From Betaproteobacteria bacterium (GTDB lineage: Bacteria > Pseudomonadota > Gammaproteobacteria > Burkholderiales > SG8-39): 64,000 nt of DNA. The stretch is from the NCBI GenBank assembly GCA_004297625.1, contig SCTY01000056.1:71843-135842 (forward strand), read 5' to 3'. Positions within the stretch are counted from its first letter, which is position 1. Each line of letters starts with the position of its first letter. The notes beneath the pieces are model-generated. The model searched no databases. It was given only the letters and a program-made list of their open reading frames with translations, and was not told the DNA's origin. Position numbers and translations under genes: made by a program. This document shows positions 31,944-42,355 of the stretch, piece after piece.

Positions 31944-32894
31944 GTCTTTCGGATAAGGCTCCACTCCGGGTGAGAGCGTGTGCGGCGGCTGGCGGCGCAG
32001 GAGCTCGGCGCTCGAGCCGCGCGCCAACGCCTGCGCGTAGCGCACGTTCTTCTGCATTTCCTGGAGATAGGGATTCGTGCCGCCGAAATACCGGGCGGCG
32101 TATTCGTAGGCGCGCGCGAGCGGCAGCTCGAGGCGCCTCGTTGCGCCCGCGTAGAAGTTCGGCGTCTTGGACACCAGGTCTTCGCCGGAAGCGAACACCG
32201 GCAGGCGCCGCATGCCCGGGCGCCGGCGCCCGGCGAGGCCGCCCAGCACGAATTCCGGGTACAGCCGGTCGCGGCATTTCTCGAGGTAACAGCGATCGGA
32301 CATCTGCGCGATGATGTCCGCCGTGCCGAGCATGTGGCCCACGCGGCGTAGCAGCATGTCGCCCAGGCGAATGCTCTCCGCGGGCCGCTCATAGCCGGTG
32401 TAGTGCACGAGCACCGACGCGGCACGCGCGTATTTTTCTTCCATGCCGAGCTCGCGCAGATAGCTGCGCAGGAACGCGGAGCTGCGCGATACGTGGGTGA
32501 GCGTGTATTCGGCGCCGTAGCGGTGCTTGCGGTCGTTGCGCCGGCGCAGATAGCCGAAGTCGTGGAACAGCGCCGTCAGCACGCCGACCCGGAAGGCCTC
32601 GGGCGTGAGCACGGGCTCGCCGCGGCTGCGGCCGCATTGGTAGCCGCGCAGCAGCCGCGCCATGGCGAGCGTCACGTCGAGAACGTGCTGCATGTCGTGG
32701 TACTCGGTATCGCAGGCGCTGTATTCGGGGTGCTTGCCGCGGTACAAGGCAGCGGCATGTCCGAATGCCCGCTCGAGCTGGGCGGCTGCTGCGTCGGTGT
32801 AGAGCGATTGGTAGAGCCCGATGACCTCTGAGGCGACCGCGGCCGGGTCGGTGGTTCGGACGGAATCGGTGACGTCGTAGTCGTTGCGCCGCAT
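31929..32894 (-). CDS. HD-domain protein (predicted metal-dependent phosphohydrolase)
   Basis: 321 aa with H...HD signatures [10 protein letters not shown] and ALFHDFGY. Confidence 0.75.
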   Translation of the reverse strand: MRRNDYDVTDSVRTTDPAAVASEVIGLYQSLYTDAAAAQLERAFGHAAALYRGKHPEYSACDTEYHDMQHVLDVTLAMARLLRGYQCGRSRGEPVLTPEAFRVGVLTALFHDFGYLRRRNDRKHRYGAEYTLTHVSRSSAFLRSYLRELGMEEKYARAASVLVHYTGYERPAESIRLGDMLLRRVGHMLGTADIIAQMSDRCYLEKCRDRLYPEFVLGGLAGRRRPGMRRLPVFASGEDLVSKTPNFYAGATRRLELPLARAYEYAARYFGGTNPYLQEMQKNVRYAQALARGSSAELLRRQPPHTLSPGVEPYPKDLIGL

Positions 32895-32973
32895 GCGCGT
32901 TGCAGCTTCGAGGCCTTTCGCGCGAGCGAGTATAGGGATAGGATTCCAGGCCCGAGTGGAACTTTGTCACAGC

Positions 32974-33195
32974 GTGACGGACCTCCCTCTGACCGAAGAC
33001 GAGAAGGCGCAGATCCAGCAGCGCCTTCAGGTGCTCGAGATCGAGCACCACGATCTCGACGAGGTCATTCAGCGCCTCGACGGCACTCCGGGGCAGGACC
33101 GGCTGCAGCTGCAGCGCCTCAAGAAACGCAAGCTCCTGCTGAAGGACCAGATCCAGAAGCTGCGCGACCGCCTGATTCCCGACATCATCGCGTGA
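32974..33195 (+). CDS. DUF465 (YdcH-like) small protein
   Basis: The GTG at 32974 gives 73 aa. The pattern [12 protein letters not shown]...[15 protein letters not shown]...LIPDIIA is the DUF465 pattern. The longer track start is not supported. Confidence 0.75.
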   Translation: MTDLPLTEDEKAQIQQRLQVLEIEHHDLDEVIQRLDGTPGQDRLQLQRLKKRKLLLKDQIQKLRDRLIPDIIA

Positions 33196-33629
33196 TCGCG
33201 CTCATCCAGCGCGTCGCCGAGGCGCGCGTGTCGGTCGGCGAGGAAACCGTGGGCGCGATCGGCAAAGGCATCCTGGCCCTCGTCGGCGTCGAGCGCGCCG
33301 ACGCCGACGCGCAGGCCGCGCGCCTCGCGCAGAAAGTGCTCGCTTACCGCATCTTTCCCGACCCGGCGGGCAAGATGAACCTTTCCTTGCAGGACATCGG
33401 CGGCGAGCTGCTGGCGGTGCCGCAGTTCACGCTGGTGGCCGATACCAACAGCGGCACCCGGCCGAGCTTCTCCACTGGCGCCTCGCCGGAAGACGGCGAG
33501 CGGCTGTTTGAGAAATTCGTGGAATTTTCGAGGGCAAAAGCGCGCGGGCGCTTCGGCGCCCATATGCGCGTCAGCCTCGTGAACGACGGGCCGGTGACTT
33601 TCTGGCTGCGGGTTGCGCCCGGGTCTTGA
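33192..33629 (+). CDS. dtd: D-aminoacyl-tRNA deacylase
   Basis: The GTG at 33192 overlaps the DUF465 stop (GTGA). 145 aa with [18 protein letters not shown] and SF..A.P motifs. Confidence 0.9.
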   Translation: MIALIQRVAEARVSVGEETVGAIGKGILALVGVERADADAQAARLAQKVLAYRIFPDPAGKMNLSLQDIGGELLAVPQFTLVADTNSGTRPSFSTGASPEDGERLFEKFVEFSRAKARGRFGAHMRVSLVNDGPVTFWLRVAPGS

Positions 33630-33659
33630 AGGGAGAATCTGCGGTAAGCTTGGCCGCGC

Positions 33660-34711
33660 ATGTTCGAGGAGTTCATCGGCACCAAGCCCGTGGAGGAGCG
33701 CCACCGCATCGAGGTCGCGGCGCTCGAGAAATTCCTCGATTTCCGCATCAGCGCCGTCGAGCAGTTCAAGGGCGGGCAATCGAACCCGACTTACCGTCTC
33801 ACGGCCGCAAACGGAAAGAAGTATGTTCTGCGGCGAAAGCCGCCGGGCAAGCTCCTGCCTTCCGCGCATGCGGTCGACCGCGAGTACCGCGTGATCAGCG
33901 CGCTGCATGCGACCGGCTTTCCGGTCGCGCGCCCGCATGCGCTCTGCGAAGACGAGACGGTGATCGGGACGGCCTTCTACGTCATGGATTACGTCGACGG
34001 CCGCGTGCTGTGGGACCAGGCGCTTCCCGGCATGACGCGCGCCGAGCGAGCCGCGATCTGGGATGAGTTGAACCGCGTCATCGCCTGGCTTCACAGCATC
34101 GATTACCGCGCGGTCGGGCTCGAGGGCTTCGGCAAGCCGGGGAACTACATCGAGCGCCAGATCGCGCGCTGGACCAAGCAGTACCAGGCCTCGGAGACCG
34201 AGCCCATCGAGGCGATGAACAATCTCATCGCCTGGCTGCCGAAGAACATTCCGCCGGAAACCGGCACCGCGGTGGTGCACGGCGACTTCCGCCTCGACAA
34301 CGTGATTTATCACCCGAGCGCGCCGCGCATCCTCGCGGTCCTCGACTGGGAGCTCTCGACGCTCGGCGATCCGCTCGCCGACTTCGCCTACCACTGCATG
34401 AGCTGGCACATCCCGCCGGGGGAATTCCGCGGGATTTCCGGATTGGATTTCAAGGGGTTGGGCATTCCGGAGGAGGCGGAATACGTCGCGAAGTACTGCC
34501 AAAGGACGGGACGCGGCGCCATCAACCCTTCGCACTGGGATTTCTACCTCGCCTACAACCTGTTCCGCATCGCCGCGATCCTGCAGGGCATCATGAAGCG
34601 CGTGGTCGACGGCACCGCGGCGAGCGCGCATGCGCGCGACGCCGGCATGCGCGCCCGGCCGATGGCCGAGCTCGGCTGGAAGCAGGCCGAGAAGATACTA
34701 AGGAGAGCCGC

Positions 34712-34715
<4 letters not shown>
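33660..34715 (+). CDS. phosphotransferase family protein (APH/ACAD10-11 N-terminal kinase-like)
   Basis: 351 aa with GGQSNPTY, the catalytic HGDFRLDN, and DWE. Confidence 0.9.
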
Positions 34716-35958
<1,243 letters not shown>

Positions 35959-35962
<4 letters not shown>

Positions 35963-37068
35963 AGGTCGGCGTTCCGGGCGAGGTCAAGACGCACGAGTAC
36001 CGCGTCGGCCTGACGCCCACCTCGGTGCGCGAGCTGGTGGCGCACGGGCACGAGGTGCTGGTCGAGAAGAACGCGGGGATCGGAATCGGCGCCGCGGACC
36101 CCGCGTACGAGAAGGCCGGCGCACGCATCGTGGCCGATGTCTTCGCCGAGGCGGATCTCATCGTCAAGGTGAAAGAGCCGCAGCCGCAGGAGCGCGAGAA
36201 GCTGCGCCAGGGGCAGGTGCTCTTCACCTACTTGCACCTCGCGCCCGATCCGCAGCAGGCGCAGGACCTCCTTGCGAGCAAGGCCGTTTGCATCGCCTAC
36301 GAGACCGTGACGCGCGCCAGTGGCGGGCTGCCGCTGCTCGCACCGATGTCCGAGGTGGCAGGCCGCATGTCGATCCAGGTCGGCGCGAGCTGCCTGGAGA
36401 AGGAGCGCGGCGGCATGGGGATTCTCCTCGGCGGCGTGCCGGGCGTCGCGCCGGCGAAGATCACGGTGCTCGGCGCCGGCGTCGCCGGCTCGAGCGCGAT
36501 CCGCATCGCCGTGGGCTCCGGCGCCCGGGTCTTTGCCCTCGATCGCTCGATCGAAGTGTTGCGAAGTATTGAAAAAGAGTTCGGCGCGCGGGTCGTCACC
36601 GTCTATTCGAGCCGCGATGCGGTCGAGCAGCACGTACTCTCGGCCGACCTCGTGATCGGCGCGGTGCTGGTGCCGGGCGCGGCGGCGCCGAGGCTCGTCT
36701 CGCGCCAGATGGTGAAGGACATGAAAAGCGGCGCGGTGGTGGTCGACATCGCCATCGACCAGGGCGGCTGCTTCGAGACCTCGCGCCCGACCACGCACGC
36801 CGACCCGACTTATGTGGTCGACGGCGTGGTGCACTACTGCGTCACCAACATGCCGGGCGCCGTGCCGAGGACTTCCACGTACGCGCTGAATAACGCGACG
36901 CTTCCGTTCGTGCTCGCGTTAGCGGATAAGGGTTGGAGGCGCGCGCTCGCCGATGACGTGCACCTGCGCAACGGCCTCAACGTGGCGCACGGCAAAGTGA
37001 CGCACGCCGAGGTCGCCGCGGCGCTTAAGCTCCCGTACGTTCCGGCCGAAGAAGCGATCCGAGCGTAG
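35959..37068 (+). CDS. ald: alanine dehydrogenase
   Basis: 369 aa with [20 protein letters not shown] and the NAD site [11 protein letters not shown]. The GTG start overlaps the upstream stop. Confidence 0.93.
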
Positions 37069-38155
37069 CCGCCGCGCGCGCGAGCTCTTCGCGCGCATTC
37101 AGGTAGTCGGGGCAGATGCGCAGATACTCGCCGCGCGCGTCGGTCTTCACCCCTTGTTTTTCCAGCTCCTCGGCGATGCCCGTGGCGTTGTCGTGCTTCA
37201 GCGTGACGAACGCGCCGTACGAAGCATCTTCTCCGCTGACGGGCAGCAGAGATCTCAAGAACGCTTTCTGCGCGAGGTTGTATTCGCGGATGCGCTCGAC
37301 GCCGACCTCGAGGGTGATTTCCAGACCGGCGAGCGCCTGGAACGGCGCGAGCACGGGCGGCGTGGACTCGAGCCACGCGTCGCCGCCGGGGGCGAACTGC
37401 GGCGGCTCGGGGCGTGCATAGGAAAACACGTCCTTCTTCGCGAACCAGCCGGTGTCCAGCGTGACGAGCGCGTGGTGGCGCGGATGCACGTACAGCCAGC
37501 AGGCCCCCGGCCCGCCGCGCAAATACTTGTAGGAGCCCCCAACCGCGAAGTCCGCGTCGAGCGCGCCAAGGTCGAGCGGCAGCACGCCCGCGTGGTGATA
37601 GACATCGAGCAGCACCTTTGCCCCTTGGGAATGAGCGTGGGCGATCAGCTTTTCCACTTCAGGAAGAATCTTTCCGGTGCGGAACGCCACGCTGGAAGCG
37701 ACGACAAGGTCGCAAGGCTCGTACTCGAAGCGGTCAAAAGGCACGATCTTCAGCTCGATGCGCCCCCTGTCGCGATAGACGCGGAGGATGAAGTCGAGCG
37801 AATCGAACTCGGCGTCCGTTGCGAGGACGCGCGGCTTGCCGGGAAGCGCGTTCAGGACCGCGCGCAGGCCCTGCCCGGCGCTCGTCTTCGGCACGATACA
37901 GTCGGGTGTTGGGGCGTTAACCAGCCTGGCGGTCAGGCTGCGAAAGCCCTCTCTTCCCTGCATCCAGAGATCCCAGGCGCCGGCCATGTCGCGATACCAC
38001 GCGTCGAGCGCGGCGCGCACGTCGTAGGCGGTGCGGTCGGGCGGCCGGCCGAGCGAGTGGTTGGCGAGGTAGATCTCGCGGCGCTGCAGGACGCGCGAAA
38101 AGCGCGGCCAGACGCGGCTCCTCAGCCAGGCTTCATCCAAGCTCGGTGCGGACAT
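37025..38155 (-). CDS. kynU: kynureninase-like class V aminotransferase-fold PLP enzyme
   Basis: 376 aa with YLANHSLG and the PLP-lysine region [12 protein letters not shown] (the kynureninase motif, as I recall it, is G.TYKYLNGGPG). It lies directly downstream of kynA. It is shorter than the canonical ~416-aa KynU, so the symbol is tentative. Confidence 0.7.
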   Translation of the reverse strand: MSAPSLDEAWLRSRVWPRFSRVLQRREIYLANHSLGRPPDRTAYDVRAALDAWYRDMAGAWDLWMQGREGFRSLTARLVNAPTPDCIVPKTSAGQGLRAVLNALPGKPRVLATDAEFDSLDFILRVYRDRGRIELKIVPFDRFEYEPCDLVVASSVAFRTGKILPEVEKLIAHAHSQGAKVLLDVYHHAGVLPLDLGALDADFAVGGSYKYLRGGPGACWLYVHPRHHALVTLDTGWFAKKDVFSYARPEPPQFAPGGDAWLESTPPVLAPFQALAGLEITLEVGVERIREYNLAQKAFLRSLLPVSGEDASYGAFVTLKHDNATGIAEELEKQGVKTDARGEYLRICPDYLNAREELARAAATLGSLLRPERTGA

Positions 38156-38960
38156 CGATAAGCTCCGGGAAGAGGGCGAGCTCGAGCGTCTTGCGCAGGA
38201 ACGCGACGCCCGCCGTGCCGCCCGTGCCCCGCTTGTAGCCGATGATGCGCTCGACCGTCTTCACGTGGCGGAAGCGCCAGAGCAGGAAGTTCTCCTCCAC
38301 GTCGACGAGCTTCTCGCACATGTCGTACTCGGCCCAATGGCGCTCGGTGTCTTCGTAGATCGTCTTGAAGACCGCGACCACGCCGGGATGGCGCTCGTAA
38401 GGCTGCGACCAGTCGCGCTGCACGCGCTCCGCGGGCACCGGCATGCCGCGGCGCGCGAGGTAGCGAAGGAACTCGTCGTAGAGACTCGGCGACTCCAGAA
38501 GCTTTTTCAGGTACGGGTAAGCAACTTCGTCATGGCGTTGCAGCTCGATGAGCCTCACGTTCTTGTTGCCGAGAAGGAACTCGACGGCGCGGAACTGGTG
38601 CGACTGCAAGCCCGAGGCCGGGCCGAGCACCGCGCGGAACTGCGCGTATTCCGAGGGGGTGAGCGTCTCGAGCACCGCCCATTGCTCGAAGAGCTGGCGC
38701 TGGATTTGCTTCACACGCGCGAGAATCTTGAAGCAGGGCGCGAGGCGGTCGGCCTGCACGTGCGCGATCGCCGCGGTGAGCTCGTGGATCAGGAGCTTCA
38801 TCCACAGCTCGGAGGTCTGGTGCTGGATGATGAACAGCATCTCGTCGTGGTGCGACGAGCGCGGCCGCTGCGCGGCGAGCAGCTCCGCGAGGCGCAGATA
38901 CCCGCCGTACGAGGTCTCGGCGGCCAGCTCGGTGATGTAGCCCGGGTCGTCCTTGCTCAT
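38133..38960 (-). CDS. kynA: tryptophan 2,3-dioxygenase
   Basis: 275 aa with [27 protein letters not shown] and the C-terminal GTGGT region. Confidence 0.9.
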   Translation of the reverse strand: MSKDDPGYITELAAETSYGGYLRLAELLAAQRPRSSHHDEMLFIIQHQTSELWMKLLIHELTAAIAHVQADRLAPCFKILARVKQIQRQLFEQWAVLETLTPSEYAQFRAVLGPASGLQSHQFRAVEFLLGNKNVRLIELQRHDEVAYPYLKKLLESPSLYDEFLRYLARRGMPVPAERVQRDWSQPYERHPGVVAVFKTIYEDTERHWAEYDMCEKLVDVEENFLLWRFRHVKTVERIIGYKRGTGGTAGVAFLRKTLELALFPELIDVRTELG

Positions 38961-38966
38961 TGGCGT

Positions 38967-38972
38967 ATTCTG
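38967..38972 (-). promoter_or_regulatory. -10-like hexamer CAGAAT exactly 6 nt upstream of the kynA ATG
   Basis: The minus strand reads CAGAAT ACGCCA ATG. No Shine-Dalgarno sequence is present. Confidence 0.3.
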
Positions 38973-39002
38973 GACCGCCTGTTAAGGGGGTCGCGAGTGA
39001 AA

Positions 39003-39044
39003 CGAGCGGGGGGTTGTTTTTTTGAAAAGCAAACCCCCCGCTCG
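39003..39044. repeat. GC-rich hairpin: 13-bp stem CGAGCGGGGGGTT / AACCCCCCGCTCG with a 16-nt AT-rich loop
   Basis: Read directly from the sequence. An outer GCGAG/CTCGC extension (about 38992-39060) and a second CCCCCC-TTGTCA-GGGGGG hairpin (39063-39080) follow. It lies between divergent genes, so it is not a terminator for either. Confidence 0.8.
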
Positions 39045-39105
39045 CGAAAAGCACGCTCGCTTCCCCCCTTGTCAGGGGGGCATAAAAGGTGGCTCATGCG
39101 CTGAC

Positions 39106-39111
39106 TATAAT
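39106..39111 (+). promoter_or_regulatory. consensus -10 hexamer TATAAT exactly 6 nt upstream of the GST ATG (putative leaderless transcript)
   Basis: The sequence reads TATAAT CCGCTC ATG. No Shine-Dalgarno sequence is present. Confidence 0.45.
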
Positions 39112-39117
39112 CCGCTC

Positions 39118-39771
39118 ATGCTCAAACTTTGCGGCTTCCGGATCAGCAACTACCACAACAAAGTGCGCCTCGTCTTGCTCGAGAGAGGCATCCCTTTCGA
39201 CGAGGACGCGACGTGCACGCCGAAGCAGTCGGACGAGTTCCTCGCCCGCACGCCGATGGGCAAGGTGCCGTTCCTCGAGATCGACGGCGGCCGGCGCCTG
39301 TCCGAGTCGCAGGTGATCTGCGAGTACCTGGAGGAGGTGTATCCGGAGAAGCGGCTGCTTCCCAAGGATCCGTGGGAACGCGCCAAGGTGCGCGAGCTCG
39401 TCATGCACGTGGAGCTCCACATGGAGCTTGTCGCGCGCCGGCTTTACGGACCGATATTCTTCAAGCGCGGAACGCTTTCCGAGGAGACGGGCAAGGCGAT
39501 CGAAAAGGACCTTGCCAAGGGCGTGCGCGCATTCAAGGCGCTCGCGCGCTTCGATCCGTTCATCGCCGGAAGCGCGCTCACGCTCGCCGACTGCGCGGCT
39601 TTCGTGCACCTGCCGCTCGTCTCGCTCGCCACGAAGCTCGCTTTCGGAGGCGACTGCCTGGAAGAGGTTGCGCAACTGAAGCCGTATCTCAAGATGCTCG
39701 GCGAGCGGCCCGCGTTCAGGAAGGTCAGCGACGATCGCAAGGCGGCGCAAGCGGCGGCGCAGGCGAAGTGA
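39118..39771 (+). CDS. glutathione S-transferase
   Basis: 217 aa from ATG 39118 (MLKLCGFRISNYHNKVRLVL...). It has the GST N-terminal motif GKVPFLEIDG..LSESQVICEYL. The 32 upstream codons of the track ORF run through the hairpins and were rejected. Confidence 0.9.
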   Translation: MLKLCGFRISNYHNKVRLVLLERGIPFDEDATCTPKQSDEFLARTPMGKVPFLEIDGGRRLSESQVICEYLEEVYPEKRLLPKDPWERAKVRELVMHVELHMELVARRLYGPIFFKRGTLSEETGKAIEKDLAKGVRAFKALARFDPFIAGSALTLADCAAFVHLPLVSLATKLAFGGDCLEEVAQLKPYLKMLGERPAFRKVSDDRKAAQAAAQAK

Positions 39772-40397
39772 GCGCCTATCAGGAGTACTTGCGCTATATC
39801 GTCACGCTGATGGCGGTGCTGGATCCCTTCCTCGCGGTGCCGATCTTTCTCAGCGTCACCGCGCTGAGCGACGAGGGCTCGCGCCACCGGCTCGCGAATG
39901 TGGTGACCCTGACGGTATTCGTGGTGCTGGGCGGGGCGGCGATCTTCGGCGAGAGCCTGCTCAAGATCGTCGGCACGAGCATCCCTGCTTTCCAGGTGGG
40001 GGGGGGCCTGGTGTTGCTGCTCATGGCGCTCGCGATGCTCAACGCCCAGGCGGGCGGCATGCGCCAGTCGCGCGCCGAAGCGGAAGAGCTGGAGTCGGGC
40101 GCGCTTTCCGGAGTGGTGCCGCTCGCGGTGCCGCTGCTGGCGGGGCCCGGCGCCATCAGCACCACCATCATCGCCGCGCAGGCGGGCGGCATTGCGCACG
40201 TCGGAGTGCTGCTCCTCTGCATCGCCATCGTCTGCCTGATCCTGTGGTGGGTGCTGCGCATCGCCGATGCCGTGGCGCCGCGCATGGGCACCACCGGCCT
40301 CAACATCGCCACCCGGCTGCTCGGCTTGCTGCTCGCCGCCATCGCCATCGAAACGATGTCCGACGGCCTGAAAGAGCTCTTCCCCGGGTTGACCTAG
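39768..40397 (+). CDS. MarC family (NAAT) membrane protein
   Basis: The GTG at 39768 overlaps the GST stop (GTGA). 209 aa, 6 TM, with the MAVLDPFLAVPIFLS motif. Confidence 0.85.
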   Translation: MSAYQEYLRYIVTLMAVLDPFLAVPIFLSVTALSDEGSRHRLANVVTLTVFVVLGGAAIFGESLLKIVGTSIPAFQVGGGLVLLLMALAMLNAQAGGMRQSRAEAEELESGALSGVVPLAVPLLAGPGAISTTIIAAQAGGIAHVGVLLLCIAIVCLILWWVLRIADAVAPRMGTTGLNIATRLLGLLLAAIAIETMSDGLKELFPGLT

Positions 40398-41239
40398 AGC
40401 TTGAGCGGATCGCGCGGCGCTCGGCCGTCGAGGAGGTCCTCGAAGCGCGCGCGGATCGCGCCCGTGATGGCGGGGTGGGTGAGGACGTAGAAGCGGTTTT
40501 CCTTCACTGCCGCGACGACCGCCTTGGCGACCTCTGTGGCGCTGATCTTGCCCGCCGCGACGGCCTTTTTCAGTATGGCTTCTTTCGCCAGTGCTTCAGC
40601 GGATTTTTCTCCTGCTCGAAGCTCGCGCGGCCGGTTGCGCTCGGAGTCCGCGATGTTCGTAGGCACGTAGGCCGGGCAAAGCACCGAGACGCCGACCGCG
40701 GAGCCGCGCTCGCGCAAGTCATGGTGCAGCGACTCGGAGAGCGCGACCACCGCGTGCTTGGTGACGTTGTAGGCGCCCATGCCGGGCGGAGAAATCAGGC
40801 CGGCGACCGACGCCGTGTTCACGACATGGCCGGCATTCTGCGCGATCAGGTGCGGCACGAACGCGCGCACGCCGTGGATCACACCCCACAGATTCACGCC
40901 CAGGATCCATTGCCAGTCCGCCTCGGTGGCCTCCCACGCCGGTCCCGACAGAGCGACGCCGGCGTTGTTGCATACCACGTGCACGCCGCCGAGCTCGGCG
41001 ACGGTGCGCTCGGCGAAGGCGTCGACGTCGGCGGCCTTCGAAACATCGACGTGCATGGAAAAAGCATCAACACCCTGCGCGCGGATGACCTTTTCCACCG
41101 ATTCTAAATTCGTGGTATCGACGTCGGCGAGCGCCACGTGCATGCCTTCGCCGGCGAAGGCGAATGCCATTGCGCGCCCCAAGCCACTTGCTGCGCCGGT
41201 CACCGCGGCGACCCTGCCCGCGAGCTCGCTCATCGCCAT
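40394..41239 (-). CDS. SDR family oxidoreductase
   Basis: About 281 aa with VTGAASGLG, NNAG and YNVTKHA (YxxxK). The start is either ATG 41239 or ATG 41233; the latter forms an ATGA overlap with the upstream stop. Confidence 0.9.
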   Translation of the reverse strand: MAMSELAGRVAAVTGAASGLGRAMAFAFAGEGMHVALADVDTTNLESVEKVIRAQGVDAFSMHVDVSKAADVDAFAERTVAELGGVHVVCNNAGVALSGPAWEATEADWQWILGVNLWGVIHGVRAFVPHLIAQNAGHVVNTASVAGLISPPGMGAYNVTKHAVVALSESLHHDLRERGSAVGVSVLCPAYVPTNIADSERNRPRELRAGEKSAEALAKEAILKKAVAAGKISATEVAKAVVAAVKENRFYVLTHPAITGAIRARFEDLLDGRAPRDPLKL

Positions 41240-41967
41240 GAGTGCCACAGCATGAAGGCGCCGCCTGCGAGGATCAAGCTCTCCATGAAAAGCACGTGCA
41301 GCGTCGCGCCCAGGCGCGTGACGAGCCACGCGGCGATTGCGCTTCCCGGAATCGAGGCCGCGCCGATGACCACGCCCGTGACGAAGGCCTGCTCGTCGAG
41401 AAGATCGAAGCGCTGGAAGAGCGCTGCCTTGCACACGTCGAGCACGATGGTCGCGAGCGCGTCGGTCGCGAGCACGGCGGGCCCGGAAAGCCCGGCGCCG
41501 AGGAGCAGCGACACGAGAATCACCCCGGTGCCGGTCGCCACGCCGCTCGAGAGCCCGAACACGCCTGCGCCGAGCGCGAGGCCGCCGTTTCCGAGCGTGA
41601 CGGCGTGCTTCTTCAGGAACCGCCGCACCGGCACGGAGGCCATGACCGCGATGCCGAGAATCGTGCCGATGGCGCGCGCATCGAGGACGCTGTAGAGCCA
41701 GGCGCCGAGCACGAGAAAGGGCAGCGAGCCGGCGAGCACCACGCCAAGCGGGCCGCGCTGCAGGCTCGCGCGGTAGAACCAGAAGCGCCCCGCGTTGATG
41801 ACCACTCCGGCGACCGCGAGCACCGGGACGACCGCCTTTGCGCCGATGAGCGGCAGGAGCACCGCGGTCAGGATGACGCCGGTGCCGAAGCCGCCGATGC
41901 CGCCGACGATCGCGCCGCCGAGGGCGAGCAGCGCTACGGCCGCGAGCGTCGGCGCGTCGAGCAGCAA
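41230..41967 (-). CDS. TauE/SafE family sulfite exporter-like membrane protein
   Basis: 245 aa, multi-TM, with GGIGGFGTGVI. It is the second paralog in the window. Confidence 0.85.
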   Translation of the reverse strand: MLLDAPTLAAVALLALGGAIVGGIGGFGTGVILTAVLLPLIGAKAVVPVLAVAGVVINAGRFWFYRASLQRGPLGVVLAGSLPFLVLGAWLYSVLDARAIGTILGIAVMASVPVRRFLKKHAVTLGNGGLALGAGVFGLSSGVATGTGVILVSLLLGAGLSGPAVLATDALATIVLDVCKAALFQRFDLLDEQAFVTGVVIGAASIPGSAIAAWLVTRLGATLHVLFMESLILAGGAFMLWHSWR

Positions 41968-41968
41968 G

Positions 41969-42355
41969 CTAGGCGCGCGGCACGGGGCGCGGCCGGCCGT
42001 TCGCGTCGATCGCGACGTAGGTGAGCGTCGCCTCGGTCACCTTCACGACGTGCGGGTCCGTCGGCCTGCGCTCGGCGTAGACCTCGACGTTCACCGTGAT
42101 CGAGGTCGTGCCGATGCGCACCAGGTCCACGTAGAAGGACAAGAGATCGCCGATCTGCACCGGCTGCTTGAAGACGAATTCCTTCACCGCGACCGTCGCT
42201 ACGCGGCCGCGCGCGATCCTGCCGGCCGCGGTGCCGCCGGCGAGGTCGACCTGCGCCATGATCCAGCCGCCGAAGATGTCGCCGTTCTGGTTCGCGTCGG
42301 CGGGCATCGGCAGGACGCGAAGCGCGGGCTGTTTTCCTTCAGGAAGTTTTTCCAA
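41969..42355 (-). CDS. acyl-CoA thioesterase (hotdog fold, YciA-like)
   Basis: 128 aa with a TTG start, and the segments P.DAN.NG.IFGG.IM..VD and TSITV.VEV. Confidence 0.85.
   Translation of the reverse strand: MEKLPEGKQPALRVLPMPADANQNGDIFGGWIMAQVDLAGGTAAGRIARGRVATVAVKEFVFKQPVQIGDLLSFYVDLVRIGTTSITVNVEVYAERRPTDPHVVKVTEATLTYVAIDANGRPRPVPRA

Noticed and set aside
31621-31956. 112-codon ORF with an excellent RBS (GGAGGAG-N4-ATG)
   Set aside because: The translation (MNRSRRNPYESAQPRLGHRLAAPAAGSSSRACRPTAPANARACGRT...) is compositionally non-protein-like. The recognisable similarities in this stretch are in the other two frames. It is kept only as part of the gene-relic finding.
39003-39044. GC-rich hairpin considered as an intrinsic terminator
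   Set aside because: Both neighbouring genes (kynA on the minus strand, GST on the plus strand) are transcribed away from it, and no proper U-tract follows the stem on either strand.
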